Shown piece after piece: positions 59,455 to 64,000 of a stretch of DNA of 64,000 bases (position 1 is its first letter; the number at the start of each line of letters is the position of its first letter). The position numbers and the translations under genes are program-made. The notes beneath the pieces were generated by a model. That model was not told the origin of the DNA. It was given only the letters and a program-made list of their open reading frames with translations, and did not search any database. Origin of the DNA: an uncultured Phycisphaerales bacterium (GTDB lineage: Bacteria; Planctomycetota; Phycisphaerae; Phycisphaerales; SM1A02); NCBI GenBank assembly GCA_938084645.1, contig CALKEP010000033.1, positions 32,001-96,000 on the forward strand, in the 5' to 3' direction.

Positions 59455-60390
59455 ATGTCGACTTCGAGAATCGCTGTTCAAGATCAGCCCGCGACCGATG
59501 CGGACGCCGCTTCCACCGCCACGGAGACCACCGCCGTGTCCTCTTCCGGCGACGTCGCCGGGTGGGTGTCGGAGGCGACGAACCAGTTGGTCGATCTCGC
59601 GGTGGCCTACGCCCCGCGTCTTGGACTCGCCTTGCTCGTCCTGGTGATCGGTTGGATCGTCATCGGGTTCATGCAACGGGGCATCAATCGAATCCTGTCG
59701 ATGCGGAGCATCGACCCGACGGTCGGGAATTTCCTCGGAAGCGTCGCGGGGATCGCCCTGAAGGTCATGCTGCTGCTCTCGGTCGCGGGCATGGTCGGCG
59801 TCGAGGTCACGTCCTTCATCGCGATCCTCTCCGCCGCCACCCTCGCCATCGGCATGGCGTTGAAGGGAACCCTCTCGAACTTCGCGGGTGGAGTGAGCGT
59901 GATGATCTTCCGGCCCTACAAGGTCGGCGACTTCATCGAGGGCGGCGGTCACAGCGGAAGCGTGAAGGAGATCCAGATCTTCAACACCGTGCTGACCACC
60001 GGCGACAATCGCACCATCATCATCCCCAACAACGCCATCTCCACCGGCTCGCTGATCAACTACTCGATCCAGTCGACTCGGCGGGTCCAGATCGACGTCG
60101 GCATCGGCTACGAGGACGACATCGACAAGGCGCGTGACATCGTGAAGAACCTGCTCGCCGCGGATGCGCGGATCCACACCGATCCCGAGCCGATGGTCGT
60201 GGTCGGCGCACTTGGGGCGAGTTCGGTCGATCTGGTCATTCGATTCTGGGTCGACGGCGGCGACTTCTGGCCGACGACCTTCGATTACAACGAGCGGATC
60301 AAGAAGGCCTTCGATGCGGCCGGCGTGAACATCCCGTACCCCCAGCAGGTGGTTCGGTACGTCGGCGAACCCGCGGGCGATCCGGCCTGA
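59455..60390 (+). CDS. mscS: Small-conductance mechanosensitive channel
   Basis: LSNFAGG, RPYKVGDFI, GSVKEIQIFNT, IIPN, RRVQI, IPYPQ. Confidence 0.92.
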   Translation: MSTSRIAVQDQPATDADAASTATETTAVSSSGDVAGWVSEATNQLVDLAVAYAPRLGLALLVLVIGWIVIGFMQRGINRILSMRSIDPTVGNFLGSVAGIALKVMLLLSVAGMVGVEVTSFIAILSAATLAIGMALKGTLSNFAGGVSVMIFRPYKVGDFIEGGGHSGSVKEIQIFNTVLTTGDNRTIIIPNNAISTGSLINYSIQSTRRVQIDVGIGYEDDIDKARDIVKNLLAADARIHTDPEPMVVVGALGASSVDLVIRFWVDGGDFWPTTFDYNERIKKAFDAAGVNIPYPQQVVRYVGEPAGDPA

Positions 60391-60393
60391 TCC

Positions 60394-61884
60394 TCAGCGG
60401 ACGCTTCGCGACGCGGAACGCACCCGGTCGAGCATCGCCTGCAGTCTGGCGACCTCGTCCGGGTGCGTTTTCGCGAGGTTCGTGCGTTCGCCGGGATCGT
60501 TCGCGAGGTCGTAGAGCTGGACGGTCGGCCCGGCCTCGGATGGACCCGTTCGCCGTGGGGCGGTGAAGCCGCCGCTGCCGAGGCCTTCGATCAGTTTCCA
60601 GTCGCCGGCCCGGATCGCGAACATGCCGTCGAGACTGTGGTGCACGATGCCTTCACGAGCCTCGAGCCCCCGGGTGTCTCCGGCCGTCAACATCGGAACC
60701 AGGTCCACCGAGTCCTCACCGCCGGGAGCGTCTCCGGACAGTCCCGTCTCCGAGCGGGCATCGGCCGCGGCGAGACAGGTGGCGTAGAGATCGGTCAGGC
60801 AGATCGTCTCGGATCGCACCGTCCCGGGCTCGATGGCGTCCGGCCATCGCACGAGGAACGGCACCCGATGCCCCGCTTCGTGGATGTCCGCCTTCTGGCC
60901 TCGCCATGCGAGGTTCGACGCGTGCCCCCAGCGATCCACGTCGGCGAGGGGCCAGTGCGAACCGTTGTCGCTGGTGAAGACGACGAGCGTGTCGGCGCCG
61001 AGTCCGTTGGCCTCGAGCGAGTCGAAGAGCCGACCCATCTCGGCGTCGATCTGATTGACGAAGTCGCCGTAGTGTCCGGCGCCGCTCGACCCTCGCCACG
61101 GCTGGTCCGGGAGCCACGGGGTGTGGGGCGCACTCAGGCAGAGTTCCAGGAAGAGCGGTCGTTCCGGTCGCTCGCTCGCGTGCCGATCGATGATCCCGAT
61201 CGACTCGTCGATCGACTTCGAGAGGACCTCCTGGTGTTCGAAGCCCTCCGCGATCGGGCCCGCCCGCCAGAACCCGCCGCCTTCGCGACGCCGGTGCTCG
61301 GAGCCTTCGATGGTGGTGCTCGGTGGTGGATCGCCGACACCGTCTCGGAACCAGCAGTAGGGCGGGATGTCGAGGGAGCTCGGAATGCCGACGCTCTCGT
61401 CGAAGCCGACGGTGTGCGGTCCCGCGTCGATCGGTCCGCTCCAGTCGGTCGGCTTCGCGGAGCCGAGACCGAGGTGCCACTTTCCGACGAACGCGGTGCG
61501 GTAGCCCGCATCACGCAACCGGCTCGCGATCGTCGGGCGATCCGGTTCGATGAGGAGGGGGTCGTCGGTCCAGAGAACGCCGGACTTCAGATCGCCTCGC
61601 CAGCAGTACCGGCCGGTCAGGATCGCGTACCGGGTCGGTGAGCACACGGCGCTCGGGGAGTGGGCGTCGGTGAATCGCGCTCCGGTACGTGCGAGGCGGT
61701 CGAGATTCGGGGTGCTGGTCGCGGCGTCGGGGTTGTAGCACCCGAGATCTCCGATGCCCAGATCGTCCGCGACGATGATCACGATGTTCGGCGGACCCGG
61801 AGGCGATGGCGTGGCCCGGTCCGGCGTTCGGCAACCGACGAGGAGGAGGGCGGAGAGGAGCATGGACTTTCGTGGGAAGTTCAT
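60394..61884 (-). CDS. Arylsulfatase (S1), probable lipoprotein
   Basis: LLLVGC lipobox; ADDLG, CSPTRYAILTG, GKWHLG, SDNG; TGG-TAGGGT 6 nt upstream of ATG. Confidence 0.93.
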   Translation of the reverse strand: MNFPRKSMLLSALLLVGCRTPDRATPSPPGPPNIVIIVADDLGIGDLGCYNPDAATSTPNLDRLARTGARFTDAHSPSAVCSPTRYAILTGRYCWRGDLKSGVLWTDDPLLIEPDRPTIASRLRDAGYRTAFVGKWHLGLGSAKPTDWSGPIDAGPHTVGFDESVGIPSSLDIPPYCWFRDGVGDPPPSTTIEGSEHRRREGGGFWRAGPIAEGFEHQEVLSKSIDESIGIIDRHASERPERPLFLELCLSAPHTPWLPDQPWRGSSGAGHYGDFVNQIDAEMGRLFDSLEANGLGADTLVVFTSDNGSHWPLADVDRWGHASNLAWRGQKADIHEAGHRVPFLVRWPDAIEPGTVRSETICLTDLYATCLAAADARSETGLSGDAPGGEDSVDLVPMLTAGDTRGLEAREGIVHHSLDGMFAIRAGDWKLIEGLGSGGFTAPRRTGPSEAGPTVQLYDLANDPGERTNLAKTHPDEVARLQAMLDRVRSASRSVR

Positions 61885-61953
61885 GCGTCGACCCTACCAC
61901 GGGAATCGGTGATCCCGTAACTTCGTGCCTTCGACACCCGCCACGGAGCTCTC

Positions 61954-63045
61954 ATGAATCTCGATCACTACGTCACGCTCGGTCGGTCCGGCCTTCGCGT
62001 CTCGCCCTTCTGTCTCGGCTGCATGACCTTCGGTGACGAATGGAAGGCGGTCGGGACCCACGAAGCCGAGAGTCTCGACGTGCTCGCGGCGTATCTCGAC
62101 GCCGGCGGGAACTTCCTCGACACCGCCAACGTCTACACCATGGGGCACAGCGAGGCGATCATCGGCGACTATTTCGCGGGATCGCCGCTCGTGGCCCGCG
62201 ACCGCGTGGTCATCGCGACCAAGTTCTGCGGCAACATGCATCCAGGCGATCCGAATGGCGGCGGGGCCGGACGCAAGGCGATCATGCATCAACTGGAAGA
62301 CTCGCTTCGGCGGTTGCGCACCGATCACATCGATCTCTACTGGTGCCACTTTCATGATCCACACACGCCGATCGAGGAGACGATGCGGACGCTCGACGAT
62401 CTCGTGACGAGCGGGAAGGTGCGATACATCGGGCTCAGCGACACGCCGGCGTGGATGGTCGTCCAGGCGCAGTACGAAGCCATGCTTCGCGGATGGAATC
62501 CGCTCTGCGCGCTGCAGATCGAGTACAGCCTGGCGCAACGCACGGTCGAGGCCGACCTCATGCCGATGGCCCGGGCCCACGGCCTGGGGGTCACGCCGTG
62601 GAGCCCGCTGCGGGCGGGGATCCTCTCCGGGAAGTACCGACGTGATCGACGGCCCGAGATCGGGACCACGCGGGTCACGGAGGAGAGCCCGCACCTCAAC
62701 GAGCGCAACTACGAGATCATCGAGACGCTCGTCTCGGTCGCGGAGGAACTGGGCGCCTCGCCCGCGCAGGTCGCGCTTCGCTGGGTCCAGGACCGTACGG
62801 GTGTCGCGAGCACGATCATCGGTGCGCGACGCAAGGACCAGTTGATGGACAATCTCGGCGCGCTCGCGCTGACCTTGACGGCCGAGCAGACCGCGCGGCT
62901 CGACGAGGTCTCGGCTCCGACCCTTCCCTTCCCGCACGAGTTCCTCGGGTTCGCGGCGAACGCGATCCGGGGCGGCGAGACCGTGGACGGGGCATCAGGC
63001 GCTCGACCGGAGTTCCTGCCGGCGTCCGACGAGCAGCGTTGGTGA
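61954..63045 (+). CDS. Aldo/keto reductase
   Basis: LGRSGLRVS, LDTANVY, IATK, SLRRLRTDHIDLY, GKVRYIGLS, PWSPL. Confidence 0.94.
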   Translation: MNLDHYVTLGRSGLRVSPFCLGCMTFGDEWKAVGTHEAESLDVLAAYLDAGGNFLDTANVYTMGHSEAIIGDYFAGSPLVARDRVVIATKFCGNMHPGDPNGGGAGRKAIMHQLEDSLRRLRTDHIDLYWCHFHDPHTPIEETMRTLDDLVTSGKVRYIGLSDTPAWMVVQAQYEAMLRGWNPLCALQIEYSLAQRTVEADLMPMARAHGLGVTPWSPLRAGILSGKYRRDRRPEIGTTRVTEESPHLNERNYEIIETLVSVAEELGASPAQVALRWVQDRTGVASTIIGARRKDQLMDNLGALALTLTAEQTARLDEVSAPTLPFPHEFLGFAANAIRGGETVDGASGARPEFLPASDEQRW

Positions 63046-63065
63046 GCCCCGTGGTGTCCGTCGAA

Positions 63066-63107
63066 CGAACGAGCCGTCGCCCGCAGGTCGCGGGGACGGC
63101 TCGTTCG
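63066..63107. terminator. Long hairpin between convergent genes
   Basis: CGAACGAGCCGTC/GACGGCTCGTTCG with inner CCCGC/GCGGG. Confidence 0.6.
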
Positions 63108-63139
63108 CCATCAGGAGAGAACCGGTCGGGTGGTGCGGT

Positions 63140-64000
63140 TCAGCATCCACCCCAGTTGGCCATCAGGAGTCCGAAGTCCTTGCCGTCGACCTTGCCGTCG
63201 CCGTTCAGGTCGGCGTCGCAGGTGTCGTCGGTGCAGTCGCCCCAGGCGGCGAACAACAGGCCCTGGTCGCCACCGTCCACCACCCCGTTCCCGTCGAGGT
63301 CGCCGGTGCATGCGGTGCAGCTGGTGGACGCCTGTCCGACGCAGATCTCGTCCCAGGCGTCGTTGCAGCAGAACGGGTCGACGGCGCAGATCAGATCGCA
63401 GCAGGTCGAATCATCGCAGGAGGGGGTCTCCTTCGCGGCGAGGCAGTCGCCCGCCGCGGGATCGCCGCAGTCCGGAAGCGTCGAGAGCATGATCGAGGCG
63501 AAGGTCGTCATCTCGCCGCCGTCGGGGCCCATCTCCACGCCGTGGACGTGAGCGATGGCGTCGTAGGTGAATCGATATCGACCAGGTCGCAGCAGGCCGG
63601 TCTGTTCGTATTCCGTCTCGGGCTGATCACCGGATGCGCCGGTGTGCGACCAGTCGAGGATGGTGGCGAGCGTGGCCCCCGACGAGTCGATCCGCTCGAG
63701 GAGGGCGGAGCCGACGACTTCGCCCGCATCGGCCGAGAACATTCCGTAGAAGACCGCATCCGCCTGCAGGCTTCCGGTTCGTCCGACTTCGAAGGTCGCG
63801 ACGACATCGCTTCGAGTCAGAGTGTAGGAGCCGCCGTGTTCGTTGGTCCGTGCGGAGACGAATCCGCCGATGTAGTCGGCATCGACCCGCGTCCACTGCC
63901 AGGCTTCACCGTCGCTGCCGGCGTCGCTGCCGTAGCCGGCGTCGTACCACATGCCGGTGTCCTCGTTCACGACGTAGTGAGGCGTGGTGCCGAGCAGGGG
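63140..64000 (-). CDS. Secreted-type protein with Cys-rich module and tandem dockerin-like repeats (N-terminus outside window)
   Basis: Frame open to the window end; CCDLICAVDPFCC..WD..C; GDLDGNGVVDGGD and ADLNGDGKVDGKD..LMANWG. Confidence 0.85.
   Translation of the reverse strand, partial: PLLGTTPHYVVNEDTGMWYDAGYGSDAGSDGEAWQWTRVDADYIGGFVSARTNEHGGSYTLTRSDVVATFEVGRTGSLQADAVFYGMFSADAGEVVGSALLERIDSSGATLATILDWSHTGASGDQPETEYEQTGLLRPGRYRFTYDAIAHVHGVEMGPDGGEMTTFASIMLSTLPDCGDPAAGDCLAAKETPSCDDSTCCDLICAVDPFCCNDAWDEICVGQASTSCTACTGDLDGNGVVDGGDQGLLFAAWGDCTDDTCDADLNGDGKVDGKDFGLLMANWGGC

Overview
GC-rich, gene-dense bacterial chromosome segment. Origin is probably a Phycisphaerales-type planctomycete; this is inferred from the groEL-groES-groEL-dnaJ-grpE-FmdB order, three S1 sulfatases and secreted proteins with dockerin-like tails. 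About 52 CDS are supported: ftsK (partial), a FabZ-ACP-FabZ cassette, coaD, panB, DegP-like protease, thyX, Dus, rnr, the chaperone operon, MoxR-queC, gyrB, an HD-GYP-like protein, a PGRP-type amidase, xylB, GH38/SSS/GH2 mannoside genes, sbcB, mscS and an aldo/keto reductase. I saw no tRNA, rRNA, CRISPR array or mobile element. Best candidates for something undescribed: (1) a 7-gene minus-strand operon (38.8-46.1 kb) in which a TolC/adaptor/MacB-type ABC system is bracketed by a Cys-rich leader protein and a Cys/His-rich lipoprotein; (2) a candidate sRNA at ~56.86-56.99 kb carrying the exact complement of an SD-spacer-AUG; (3) a pair of paralogous 56-aa proteins flanking an FG-GAP gene; (4) a recurring TAnnnT hexamer 6-9 nt before start codons, suggesting leaderless mRNAs, including a 5-codon mini-ORF coupled to xylB; (5) a multi-hairpin element with a possible pseudoknot at 4.44-4.59 kb. 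All calls come from reading motifs by eye; no searches were run.
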